In this document: one piece after another, positions 1-53,500 of the stretch
How positions within the stretch are numbered: the stretch's first letter is position 1
Layout: each line of letters starts with the position of its first letter
Assembly: GCA_002269645.1 (NCBI GenBank)
Contig: NIVC01000227.1
Coordinates: forward strand, 310,001-374,000
DNA length: 64,000 nt
Reading direction: 5' to 3'
Source: Macrostomum lignano
Lineage: Eukaryota
The notes under the pieces: generated by a model
Seen by the model: the letters and a program-made list of their open reading frames with translations, nothing else
Databases searched by the model: none
Told to the model about the DNA's origin: nothing
Position numbers and translations under genes: made by a program

Positions 1-37644
<37,644 letters not shown>

Positions 37645-38547
37645 TTAGCGATTGAGCCCTGTGTGCCGATATGTATCGAAAACAGACTTTATATAATTGA
37701 TAAACTGATTATATTTATCTTCATGTTTAAATTTGATGCAGTCTTAGTTTTGTTTTGCTCGAATACAAATAAATTTACTATGTTTGCCATGTGAAGTAAG
37801 AGTTGAATATTTGCAGGACCCTGCCCCCAAGTCTTATTCTAGAAATAATTTTCAACTTTTATCCCGATTCTATTTGTTATTTCCGATGTTTGTTGAGTAG
37901 GCCCTACTATTGTTTTTATATTTCAGATTTTTTTATACTACTAATCATGACTCAGTAGCTCTAAAGTCTTTAAATAAACTGAAATATTTATTAATCACTA
38001 AAGCACATTAATTTTATTATTAATACACAATCGCACTACTCAGCGATTTTCAGCAATAAGTACGAGTAGTTTTGACGTAGCGTTTTTGTTTATGTCAGTG
38101 CAGTGGGAGACAGTGCTAATGGCGCATTTCCGCCCACACGCGGGGGGGGATTTTTGTAGTTGGGTTCGGGATTTTTTTGAAACTGTTCTCATTTGATAGC
38201 TAGGCTATGACCGGTTGAGCAGTAAGTATAGCTTGGACTTTGGACGCACAATTTTATGTTGGAGAAGAAATTGGGGGTGCTGCAGGTGTTGCTGGGTTGG
38301 ATAAAAATTCAATCGATAAGAGTCCATTATGTAGATCTGTGGGCGTGGATTAGCTGTGTAAGATATTCATATATTATATCGATAAGCGCTTGCCTGAGTG
38401 TGTGCTGGGGCAGACAGGGCTACACACTGCAGTATCGCTTATTGTGTAGTGCTCGGCATTGGTAGAGCTGGGGTCAGAACGGAAGACATTGGGCTAAGCA
38501 AAATAGAGAGGGAGAGAGAGTTGCAAGGCTCGCTCATGCACAGATAA

Positions 38548-41913
<3,366 letters not shown>

Positions 41914-43484
41914 ACACTCAAATGAGCTTCCAAGATGAAATAATTTTCGGAAAACGTATTTCCTGTAAATCGATTTCTCATTCTACTCCCTGCCAGTCAT
42001 AATAAGTCATAAAATATAGTCATTTCTAAAACCTGCTCATAAATTATGCATTCAGAGGCGCCTGCAGTGTATTAGTACATAGTATGAACCACCAACAGCT
42101 GCCTACAAAAGTTTTTGTGCAAGTTTAAATGAAACTTCAAATCAATTCGACTCACTGCGAGCCGTAGTGTACGTGTATGTTATTCATTTTGTTAATTTTT
42201 GGTATTATGCGTAAGAATTTAATTTGTAAATATGCGCTTCTAGCTATTGCTGTCTGACTTTCATTTAGCTAATTTCATGCTTAATCGGATATAAGCAAGT
42301 TTTTGCGTTGCGTCATTTCGTGATTTTTAAGTCAACTACACGTACATGTAATGTCTTTTGGTCTACAGGTATACGCAAGAATTGTTTTACTCCACAGCTC
42401 TGTAAAATTTTGTGGCACAATTAATTTTCATTGATTTGTAAACAATTGCTTTGCTAACCAATTTATTTGATGTGATTGTTTAGCTAGCAACATGAGAACT
42501 AACAAGTATCATAAATATAGAGGTCATGCAGGCGAATCTGACGTATCTCAGAGACGTTCTTCATTTGCCTAAGGTATAAGCCTATATAATACCTGACGCA
42601 TTTCAAAAGTTTATGAAGCGTTAGGGTTCGTAGGTTCGTCGTCTGGGCAGGGACTCCTAAAAACAGCATTTCTATTTAGCTCTAGAAGTCCCTGGCAATA
42701 ATTTGTTGCGATTATACAAGATTAGAGGAAGGAGGAAGGGTCGTACTACTCATATTCAGTCCATATTATAACAAAGGTTCTGCATGAAACCGACTGCTAT
42801 TCATCAGACATCTTTTTTGGAAAGCTCGCGGTCCTTCGCTGTCGGAGGGCCTTTTCGGGTCGGAGGGACCGAGGCGTAGAGACCGTCACCCAAGGACTAC
42901 TAGATTTATGTATAACGAAGTGTTCCCAGTGGTCCTTGCCGTCAGCATGAGGTACAAACCAAATGCCGGCATCACGGACGTCATAGACGATGTATAAACT
43001 AGCTTGGTAGTTGGTGTGCTGTGCGATTGCGTGCCACCTTTTCTAGTTTTAGTTTCCATACGTTCGTAAATAACACTTGAGATTTTAGTGCCTCAGGCTT
43101 GCACTTACAACAAGCAAAGGACATTGGTTTGTGGACACGAAATATTAATTTACAGTTGCTCTTGTTTCTCTTATTGGATTTCAAAAAGCTTTTTCCTTCC
43201 CCTGAGGTTTTGAAAGAGTATGATACTCGTAAACTCCTGCTTTTAGGTGATTAGCATTGATTTTAAAGTGGTTTCGAAATTGGCCTTGACTTTTGCTTAG
43301 CCCATTGAAGTGGATGCACCTTTACTTTTCTCTAACAACCGACAGCACTTGCAACGTCACACTGGATTCGTCGAAAAAATAATATGTTTAAGTTAGAAAA
43401 TATAAAAGCTGAATTCTGGGCTGCGACCGCCCAAACTTCGTTTTCTTTGTCGCCAGCCAAAATCAATTATCGGTTTATTTTATA

Positions 43485-43497
43485 TGGCGCCCGAACA
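43485..43497 (+). promoter_or_regulatory. Primer-binding site (tRNA-Lys-like)
   Basis: TGGCGCCCGAACA directly after the 5' LTR; matches the common tRNA-Lys PBS start TGGCGCCCGAACAGGGAC. Confidence 0.75.
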
Positions 43498-44085
43498 AAA
43501 AGTACAACATACTAGTTAAAACTATTGCGGCCTTTAGAAGCTCAAGTTAGTGCAACTGCACTGAATCTCTAGCGCAGCGATATTTCACCAACTGTTGCGC
43601 TCTGCACGGGGCTACTATGTTGGCTTTCGGCGAAGCGCAGTCGTCGGAGTAACCAGCAGCTCGCGGCCTCCGGATCGCTGCAGCGGTGGTCCCGTCAACG
43701 GTATTCCGGTCCCTCGGGTTCCACGAGCTGCAACCTTCAGCCAGGCTCTCTCTGATCGATGTCGAACAGTCGACCGTCCTTGCGTTGATGAGTATCGTAA
43801 CTGTTTCTCCTTTTGAATTACGTCTTTTTTGCGCATCTCGTTAACATTATTGACAGTTATACGTATAGTTAATAGCTGATCGTTAAATTCTTCAAATTCT
43901 GGACTTTTAGAGTTTGTCTTACCAAATTTACTTGTTTTTTGTTGTTGAATTTTTTGCATTCGCTTGTCTTCGTGTTCACTCGAAGTGTTTTCCTGCAGTC
44001 TGCTTCTTTTTTTTGGGCTGGCTGTCTTCAAGTTCTCAGTCAGGAGTTCTTCTTGCTTTAGCAGCATCTCCCAATTCAAGTCGTC

Positions 44086-44526
44086 ATGGTTCTCAGTGAA
44101 GACGAGGTATCTTCAGCAGTCAGGAAGCGTACAGGTATCCACGCGGCGATCACGAAGGCTGTTGGAAAGGCTGACCATCTTCTCTCCGTGGATATTGGTC
44201 GAGCTGCAAATCGTGCGGATGCGGAGGAAATTGTGCAGATTCTGAAGTCGAAATTGACGGCAGTGCAAGCATTGGATGAAGCCATAGAGGAGTCTGTCGC
44301 TGAAGAGGGGCTGGATGCTGAAGTGGAAGAGAATCAAGCTTATTCGATGAAGTGTACCAGCTGCATCAAGATGCTGGAAGCAACTTTCAATAGTCAACAA
44401 TCGCCGGAGGAGTCAGCGGCCAAAAGTCGTTCCGTAGAGTCCGGGTCGCAGATCAAGCTTCCCAAGAGGCAAATTCCGACATTCACGGGGCGATATCTGA
44501 ACTTCGTCTCCAGGACTCATCTCTAA
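44086..44526 (+). pseudogene. BEL/Pao gag N-terminal fragment
   Basis: Helical N-terminus followed by KLPKRQIPTFTG, then a stop and a deletion. Confidence 0.75.
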
Positions 44527-44929
44527 AGTGTCTTCAGCAGTTTCACGACGACATTACTACAAGAATGAAATTTTTGTGCGGGAGTCCGCTGGATCGCAGC
44601 TCAGCCACAAGTCAACTTCACAAGCATCTCATTCAGATTTAAAGCAAGCTTCAAACGCATCAATGTCAATGGTAGCAATCAATCAATCAACACTGGTAGC
44701 AGTGCAACCGAAAGCACCAGACGCTACGAACCTATTGCAAAGCATCGCATTATTCGGAAAATTGCATGGAGTTTCCGACCGTTGAAAGGCGTAGACAATT
44801 TCTAGCAAAAGAGAAGAGTCGCGATCCGCAGAAGTGCCGTGATTGCTCCGGCAAGCATCACGTAAGCATATGTGCTCAAGGCGCGTCTCGTCAAAAATAT
44901 CCACCTAAGGTGAACGTTTTTGGATTTTA

Positions 44930-45900
44930 AAGGCGAGACAGCGTGTGAAGCAGTTACTGACGGGGTGTGTTGTGTGCAAGAAGTTTCAAGGGCGACCGTT
45001 TTCCGTGCGTGCGGTTCTGCAGCTTCCATCCTTCCGTCTGTCAACTGTTCGTGCTTTTCGTACCGTAGGACTGGATTATGCTGGTCCGAAATTCTATCGG
45101 ACGGGGGAGGGTGGTGAGAGCAAAAAGGCGTACATCCTGCTCTTCACTTGCTCAGCAACTCGAGCCGTTCACCTGGAAGTTGTTTCGAGTATGGACAGCG
45201 AACAGCTTCTGCATGCACTGCGTCGGTTCGTGGCTCGAAGAGGCATTCCCTCCGTCGTCAGTGATTCGGCGCTAATATCTCAGAAGAGCTGCAGTCGTTC
45301 TGTTCGTCGAAGAAGATTAATTGTTGGCATTTTGTGCCCGAGCGAGCCCCGTGGTGGGGAGGTTACTGGAAAACCTCTGGGATGCTACAATTGGCATCAG
45401 CTACGACCAGTTGATTATACTCTAAGTGTGGAAATCGAAGCTGTGGTTAACTGTCGGCCGCTGTTGCATGTACCTTCGGATTCAGGCGATGGTATGGAGG
45501 TCATCACACCGTCCCATTTAATTGCAGCTAGTCGTCTCAGCCAAGAACCGGAAGATATCGACGGTGAGGCGGACTCCGTTCTACCGCTTCCGAAACGGCT
45601 TAGAATGCTTAAAGCAGCTCTGGGTGGTTTTGGAACCAATGGAAGACGTCCTACTTAGAGTTTCTGCTCGAGAAAGCCCTAAAGGATCAACCTAAACCAC
45701 CGTTCACCAAATGTTGGTGAAGTGGTTCTTCTGGCAGGTGAAGCTCGACAACAAGACTCAAGTGGAAATTGGGTATTGTCGAGGAAGTGCGTCCTGGCCG
45801 TGATGGTGCTATCCGTTCGGTTCTTCTTCGCGTTGCGGGTGCTGGGAATTCCCGGCGCTGGGAACGGGTGAGATGGCCAGTCCAGTCGTTGATTTTTTTA
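44930..45900 (+). pseudogene. BEL/Pao integrase remnant with frameshifts
   Basis: Zn-finger CxxC, GLDYAGP, VVSD, VNCRPL, ITPSHL, and a C-terminal domain in a shifted frame. Confidence 0.85.
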
Positions 45901-47567
45901 GAGGTTCAATCCTCAGACCATTATTTTTGTCCTTTCCCACGACTTTCGAATTCGTAGGAAAAAGGAGGAGTGTCGAAAAAATGAGTTGGCCTAAGCTAGC
46001 CGCCTGTTTCATCCATAAGTTATTTTCTCTATTTTCACTGTACGCACAATGTACTCAAATAATATTTCTCCGCCAACGCCCAACCATTGACCTGTGTTTA
46101 AGTTAGAAAAAAATGAATTCTGGGCTGCGACCGCCCTAACTTCGTTTTCTTTATCGCCAGCCAAAATCAATCATCGGTTTATTTTATAACATTAAATTGA
46201 TGCTGTCTGGATCGATAGCATGGGCAAGGGAAGTCTCCAGGGTAATGTGCAAGCGAATTCAAATAATTAGAAACCATCTATTTGCTTCTTATATATTAGT
46301 CAAAGTGGGAACAAAATAAAAATCTTGAAAATATAATTTGTAAATATAACTGAACAATTATATGCATTATTTACTTAATAATACTTTACTTTGCTTGAAA
46401 ATGTTGCTATACCGCATAATTGTACGTAGCTAAACAAATTAGAAAAAAATTGTTAATTTTGAAGTAAACATAACACAATAAATCAATTTTATCTAAAGTT
46501 TTATTTAATGTCCTTAACTTCTGTTTATGTTTTATTTATATAAAACTTGGAGACTACGTTTCCAATACGCTTTAAAACTTAAACTCATGCACGTGGGCAC
46601 AAAAGTCAATATAATTGGTAGGTTAATTGCGAGTTACGCAGTTATTATGGTTTGATGAAGCTTAGCCCTAAGTATTTCTATCATTCTTTGATAAAGACTG
46701 AAAGAGACTAAGCCTTTGATATCAGTCTTCTAATAGTTAAATTAACTATGTAATGGTACAAAATTAAACTGATACAATAATAAGGAAGATGGCAATTATT
46801 AATGTTAACTTTTCGTTTCATACTCCTAAAAAACACCTGTGCAATTTTTCAAACATATTTTTCAACTTAATAAATTAACCTGGGTAGAAACCGTAGGTTC
46901 CAGAAAATTAAATTTTAAAATTTGATAAGCCTGCAATTAAATTTCCAGCTTTTCAAATTTAACAGATTTTTATCAGAACTTTTGGGCTGTTTTGGAAATT
47001 TGTGCTTGTAAAAGTAACTTTCAATCTTTCCCAGACTTTCACAGCCTTTTGAATTAGGCATATTAGACCTAGTTTCATTGTACAGTATGCTGTATGCAAT
47101 ATGAGACATAAAAATTTGCTGCAAACAATTTCCTTTTCATGTAACATGCATCATTTGTATAATGTATCTTTATAACTTTTCTGTATTCTAGAAGCATATT
47201 TAAATAAAATATTTAAAAAGATAGTAATATTAATATTAAATTAATTTTGTAAGCTGCTATTCCTATTTGTATGTTGTGATTTTTAACTTTATTAGTATAT
47301 TTTTGAGTAAAAAGTTTCACAATAAATCATTCAGAAAAGGTAAACATTAAAGCATACCAATCAAAGACTAAATTACTAGTTTGCTAAGTAAAGGCTTCCA
47401 AATCAAATATTTATGATCTGAAGTCTATATACTTACAATTTTCCCAAGTAAAATATTTTTACTTTAATATAAAAGTAAAATATATTATATATTTAACTTT
47501 TCCTCAATTTAAAGAAAATTTAAAAGGCTTCTTAAATATTATAAAGTAATATAGTTCAAACTTTAAA

Positions 47568-50500
47568 ATGAAGGGTGTTTTCTTATGCAAACTTCAGGAA
47601 GAAGAGACAAAGGAAAGTGGCGATGCAACTGTTCCCGCGGTCGGCCACACTACTGGAGGAAGCAGCGGAGGCCCAATGGCTCGACGGCCATCATTATTGA
47701 AGCGGCTTAGCCAGCGAGTGGCACCTGCAGCGGCGGCTAAATCAAAAGTTTCAAAATGGACGAAGTTGATGTCTGGGTGAGATTAGCGTCCAAACTGGAT
47801 TAGAAAATAACTTAAATTAACTAAATAATCATCACACAGATTTCCCAGGAAAGTTTTCAAGTTAGATTTCATGCCAGTTAGTTTGTTGTTAACCTCACAG
47901 GATTTTGGCCTGGTTGCTGTAGTTTGATTTGATTATACATCGCTAGAGCCAAAACCCAGCAATGTGCAGAATTCCTGATAGTAAGAAATGTCAGATTGTC
48001 AGGGCAGAAATACGGCATACGTAGTCATCTATTGTGTGTATAGCGTATCCATAGCGTGGTCTTGAATCTTTACAGGCACTGATCGAAAAGCCCTGTAAGC
48101 TACGGTATCGCAGATTGAACCCCCACCCTTATCTAAATCGTAACTCGACAGGGCACGTCTTCTACAAAGGGGCTCCGACGCTGCGAAGGCACCCGCCGTC
48201 ACCGAAGGACAGCAACGCCGTCGGAGGCCCGCTCTTGTGAAGCGATTCACCCAGGCGATTCCCGCGCTGCTGCTGGAGTCCGAGTCTCAGAACGTCTTTC
48301 GTCGGTTGATGTCTGGCGATCTTTTGTCCTCTGCGTCAGATTTGCCGGAGAAAAATTCCAGAACAGTTCGAGTCTTTCTGAGCTCCACTTTCTCTGGTGA
48401 GTTCTGGAGGACTGAAACAACCTCTGCTTAAATAGGCGGAGCAAAATTGGCCTAGGGGGTTGTCAAGCGATTCACACCGTGTAAGCTGGTTGTGGGGCGG
48501 TGTCGCCGAAGGCGTTGCGCCTGAGTGTCCTTGTTTTCGTTAGTATCATAATATAACTTTTTACATTTGAGCAATGATAAAAAAACTATAAAAACCTCAC
48601 GATTGCAGACATGCACACGGAGAGAAACGTGATCATGAACCAGGTGTATCCCAAGCTCAGGCGCTATTGTCGCGAGCAGCACGGAGTTGCATTCAACGTA
48701 AATAGCTCGCATATTTACATATCGACACTTAATGGACAATAATGCTTGAAATAAGCCAGTAACAAACAGCGCATTTATATTTTATAATCTTCTTGCAGAT
48801 TGTCGACATGCGATGGGGCATCCAAGACGGAGCCACCATTGACCGGACCGCTACTGAAATTTGCTTAGCAGAGCTGCTGAACTGTCAGCGACTTTCCATC
48901 GGCCCTCACTTCTTGGTTAGTCACTATTGCCAATAAGCTTTACTTTTATCAAGCAAATCGCCAAAACTATTAATTTATTTTTGATCAGGGGATTCTAAGC
49001 CACCGCTACGGCTCAAGACAGCTGCCACACAAGGTCCAGCAATCTGAGATGGAGATTATAGTGCGAAGAATCAAAAGTAGCGGCAGCGATACGACGCTTG
49101 CTCTGCTGCACAAGTGGTACCGCCTGGACGAGAACCTGACGGACGACCCGGTGTTTGTCTTCCAGAGTCCGGAGTCGCTAGCCAATGGAGATGAGGTCAA
49201 GGCGGAGGAGGCCCGAGCTGGCTGGTGGAGCGAGGAGAGACTGCTGATCGATGCGGTCTCGGCTGCTGCGGAGGAGGCGGTCGAGTTGGGCGAGATGAGC
49301 CCAGACCAGGCGCTGCGCTACTCGGCATCTGTCACTCACCTGGAGTTTGTTCACGGTGTCTTTCAGTGCAGAGATAGTCGTAGGCAAGATGCACTGTTGT
49401 TTTGCCGAGAGATCGAAGATGTGAAGCAGCAGGTGGCGGCGGGTGATTCAACAGTGTCGAGATTTGTACAGACTTTGTCTGATGGCACTTTAGATGAGGC
49501 AACATTCGAGAAACTTCAGAGACTGAAGGAACAGCAGCTGCCTGCCGTGCTGCCGGCCGACAACATTGTCACGCATCGAGTAACTTGGAGCTCCGTCACC
49601 AAAGGCGACGCGGACTACGAAGGTCGGCTGGCGGTCGATTTCGAGGTTCAGCTGCGCCGGTTGATCGATCGAGGCATGAATCAGCTGTCTGGCCTGGAGT
49701 CGGACAGTCTGTACACAGAGGTGCTGCAGCACTCGCACCAGTGTGTGAGCTATGTGAAACAGTTTCAAGGTCGGCAGAGCTGCATGGAAGCTGTGAAACG
49801 CCAACTGATGGGGCCGTCAACTCGCCCTGTTGTGATCTACGGCTGCTCAGGCAGCGGCAAGACATCCGTGCTAGCGAGAGCCGGAGTCTTGATCAGAGAC
49901 TGGCTTCCCCAGTCGCAGCGATCCGAGGCTCTGATTTTTATGAGATTTCTGGGAACAAGTCCAGCGTCATCCAGCATTCGACAGACTCTGAAATCTATTT
50001 GTCTGCAAATGGCGGTATTTATGTCTCAATCTGAGACCGAGCTGCTACAGACGCTGGAGGACTTCCGCGATCTTGTAGAGAACTTCTACCGCATGGCTGA
50101 GACATTGTGCCAACAAGGACGGAGGTTAGTTTGGCTATGGCAGCATTCGATTTATTTTTCCAATTACACCTTTTTCTTACCCCTTCGAACTTCAGGATAT
50201 TTGTGCTCTTGGATTCATTGGATCAGCTGGATGCATCAGATGGAGCTCACTCGCTGAACTGGCTGCGAGCTGAACAGCCCAACAACATGAAGTTGGTTTT
50301 GAGCTGCTTACCAGAGCTGCACGGAATTCTGGACACGTGCCAGAGGCTGCTTGAAAACGATGCGGACGCTTTCATCGAGGTTCGCGGCCTGGAGCCGTCG
50401 CTGTGTTGCAGCATCGTGCAGCAGATGTTGGAAACGCGAGGGCGATGCCTAACTGCGTCGCAATGGAAACTGGTGCAAAGCGCATTCAATGAGTGCAGCC

Positions 50501-53500
50501 TGCCAATCTTCATGACTCTGATGTTCAACGAGGTTGTGCAGTGGCGATCCTACACGCCAATTGAAAGTCTACAGCACACAGTTCGAGGCGCCATCATTCA
50601 CTTTTTCGGTCGACTGGAGAAGCAATTTGGCACCCTGCTAGTGCGCCACTCGCTGTCTTACATCACAGCGTCTAGAAACGGTCTGAGCGACGTTGAAATG
50701 GAAGACCTCCTGTCTCTAGATGAGGACGTGCTGGGCGAGATATTCGCGCATCACCTGCCGCCGTTCATTCGAGTGCCGCCACTTTGCTGGACGCGACTGA
50801 GACACGAGATCGGTGACTACCTTGTCGAGAGAGAGGCCGATGCCAGCAGAGTTTTTTTCTGGTACCACAGGCAGTTCTGGGAGGTTGCGCGTGAGTACCT
50901 GTTCGTGGATTCTGCTCACGCCCGGGCGACTCACTCTCGTCTGGCTGATTACTTCCTGGGCGTCTGGGCAGGAAAAGCGAAACCGTTCCATTGTCCAACA
51001 AATCTGGCTGCCAAATTATCTCGACAAGTAAGACTTACTCTCAATCTTGAGATAGATGAAAAGGACATGGAACTTTAGTCGTAGAAAGCACTTTAAGCCA
51101 AAAAAATTGCTGAAATTTTCAGGGCATTGCGCCACCGACTGAAGCGGACAGACAAGTGGCAGCGCAGCCACACACTCTGCAGATGCAGGCCGATGGAAGC
51201 AGACGGCTAAACCTGAGGAAGCTGAGCGAACTGCCCTATCATCTGGTACGCAGCGGTCGTATTGAAGAATTCCATCGCGAAGTGACCTTCAATGTGGTTC
51301 ACCTGGAGGCTAGGCTGACCAGTTCGTCTCGCTACCAGCTGATGAGGGACTTGCGCTTGTTTCTAGACCTCAACGAGTCCGAAAAAGGTGACTGGAATGC
51401 AGCAGTTGACGCGGAACGAGTGTTCAACGCAATCCGCGTGGCGTCTCTCAGCCTTGGCCACAGCTCCCTGGCCCTCGCTGTCGACTTGTGCGGCCGCCTG
51501 CGTCACTTTGCGGAAGAGTCGCGCAATATTCAGCGCCTTCTGAACGGCTGTCGGGACGACAACGCCAGTACAGCTCGAATCCTACCGCTGAACAGCTGCT
51601 TCGATAGCGGCAGCAGCTTCACCCAGTGCACTGTGCAGGTGCAGCTGGCCCTCGGTATGCTCTGCGAGTCAGGCCAAATATACGCCGTGTCACTCGACGA
51701 CCGTTTAGACGGAACTGTTTGGTGGTTCGATCTTGAGGGCAACGAACTGAAGAAAATTGAATGCCAAAGTCCAGTGCTTTTGCATATTCATCTGCGTCAT
51801 ATGCGGACTCTCCAGCCGAGTGGCTGCTATCTTTCCATTGCTAAAGAGGATCCCAACGACAACAAAACTTACAAAATATTCAAAACGAATTTGCACACTG
51901 GAGCTTGGCGAGTCGTCATGGACTCTTTGCCCGGTGAGATTGCTCTGGCGGCAGCCGAGTCTGGTGACAACCTAGTTTACGCTGCATCAGACAAACACCT
52001 CGTTCTTAGAAAGAAAACGTCAGAGTCAGCTTCGAGAACACCTTTCTATTTGTTGCGACCTGAACCGCTACATTTGGTTCGGTTACTGGCTAGCGAATCG
52101 CGCTGGGAGGGCCCGATATTGAACGGCGATCAGTTCTTGTTCTTTGTAGGACATTCCGAGTTGTTTTCAGATCATGATGCCACTGGACCTCCAGCCCACG
52201 TTCCACGTCTTCTTATTCTTGATAAGTACTGTACTGAAGTCGAGCTGGGCTGTCCTGAGCTGACAGAACGAGCTCTGAATTCACAGTTCCAGTCGTTTTG
52301 CCCGTTCGTCTTGCACGGAAAGCTTCTCATCATCACACGCACAGAGGGGCCAGAGAATGCTTCACACAGCGTAGCATTTAGTGTGCACTGCTTCACCATC
52401 AATAGTAAAGAAGTACACAAAAGTGCTTTCTGGAAGTTAATCCGTCCAGCGACCGATGCAAACCACGAGTTTAGCATAGTACTGTCCGCAGATGGTGGAA
52501 CAGCTGCTCTGATGTTTCGCTCACCGGTGCAGAGCGGTATGGGCTTTGTCTGCAACCTCTGCGACGGTTCATCCGCACAGCTGGCCTACCATCCAGTGCT
52601 AGAGGAGACGCACAATTTAGATCAGGACGACAGTAAGGAAATAGCGCCTCTGATGGACTCTCTATTCATCAGTTCTAATGGTGACTTGTTGCTCTCAAAA
52701 GGCAGATCTGGCTGCATGTTAAACCTATGGTCCGCCAGAGATGGCAGTTTTCTGCGCACTTTAACTGGAAATTCCGAATTCTACAGCCTGGGCCAGCCTA
52801 GCGGCACAGACTTCTTGGCGATCAACTTGCTCCCGGATGAATCAGTTGCCAATGACTCGTGGGTGCACCTGAAGATACTGAAACTGTCCGCTCTGCAGGC
52901 CTCCATAGGCGACTTTGATAAGGCGAAGATCAGCACTAAAATGATAAAACAGGGTCTATTTGCATATCGCCCTGGTCAATCTGGTAAAATGATTTCATCA
53001 TTCTACGACCAGCAAGTCAATCAAGGACAAGCGGTGGAAGTAGACTTTGGAACTGGAAGGAGTCGCATTGTAATCGATATCAGAGGCAAAGACAGCAGCA
53101 ACGCTTCTGATGCTATGGGAGTCTTCGCGGAGGAGGACGAAGATAATTACCTAAAAGGTTCTGAGAAAGCTGAAGAATCCAAACCAGAAGATAACACCGC
53201 AGATGATTTCGTTAAGCATCTAGATCCTTTTCTCAAGGACTACAATGAGAATTGGGACGAATTGAAATGCGTTAATCTGATTTTAGTGCACGATCCAAGG
53301 TATCTGGGCATGCGTCTGGTAGACTCGGAGTCCACGACACTGACCAATGGAACTCTGTTTGATGTTGACTCAAACTCGATCGATCCAAGCCGCACAGAGT
53401 TGACGGTAATAATCACAAATCACCCCCAGTTCACTTCGCTACCAGTGGGGTACCTGTTGGCCAAAGATGAGCACAGACCGCCTATGTTTGATGAAGCTTC

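Larger units (their letters stand above)
43369..46191 (+). mobile_element. Internally deleted, degenerate BEL/Pao LTR retrotransposon
   Basis: 3' LTR TGTCGAAAAAAT..TTTTATAACA (45971-46191) preceded by a polypurine tract (AGGAAAAAGGAGGAG). The 5' LTR (about 43369-43484) is shorter and is followed by the PBS-like TGGCGCCCGAACA. Gag start KLPKRQIPTFTG; Pao integrase CVVCKK..GLDYAGP..FTC..TRAVHLE..RRFVARRG; C-terminal WKLGIVEEVRPGRDG. No RT or RNase H found. Confidence 0.88.
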
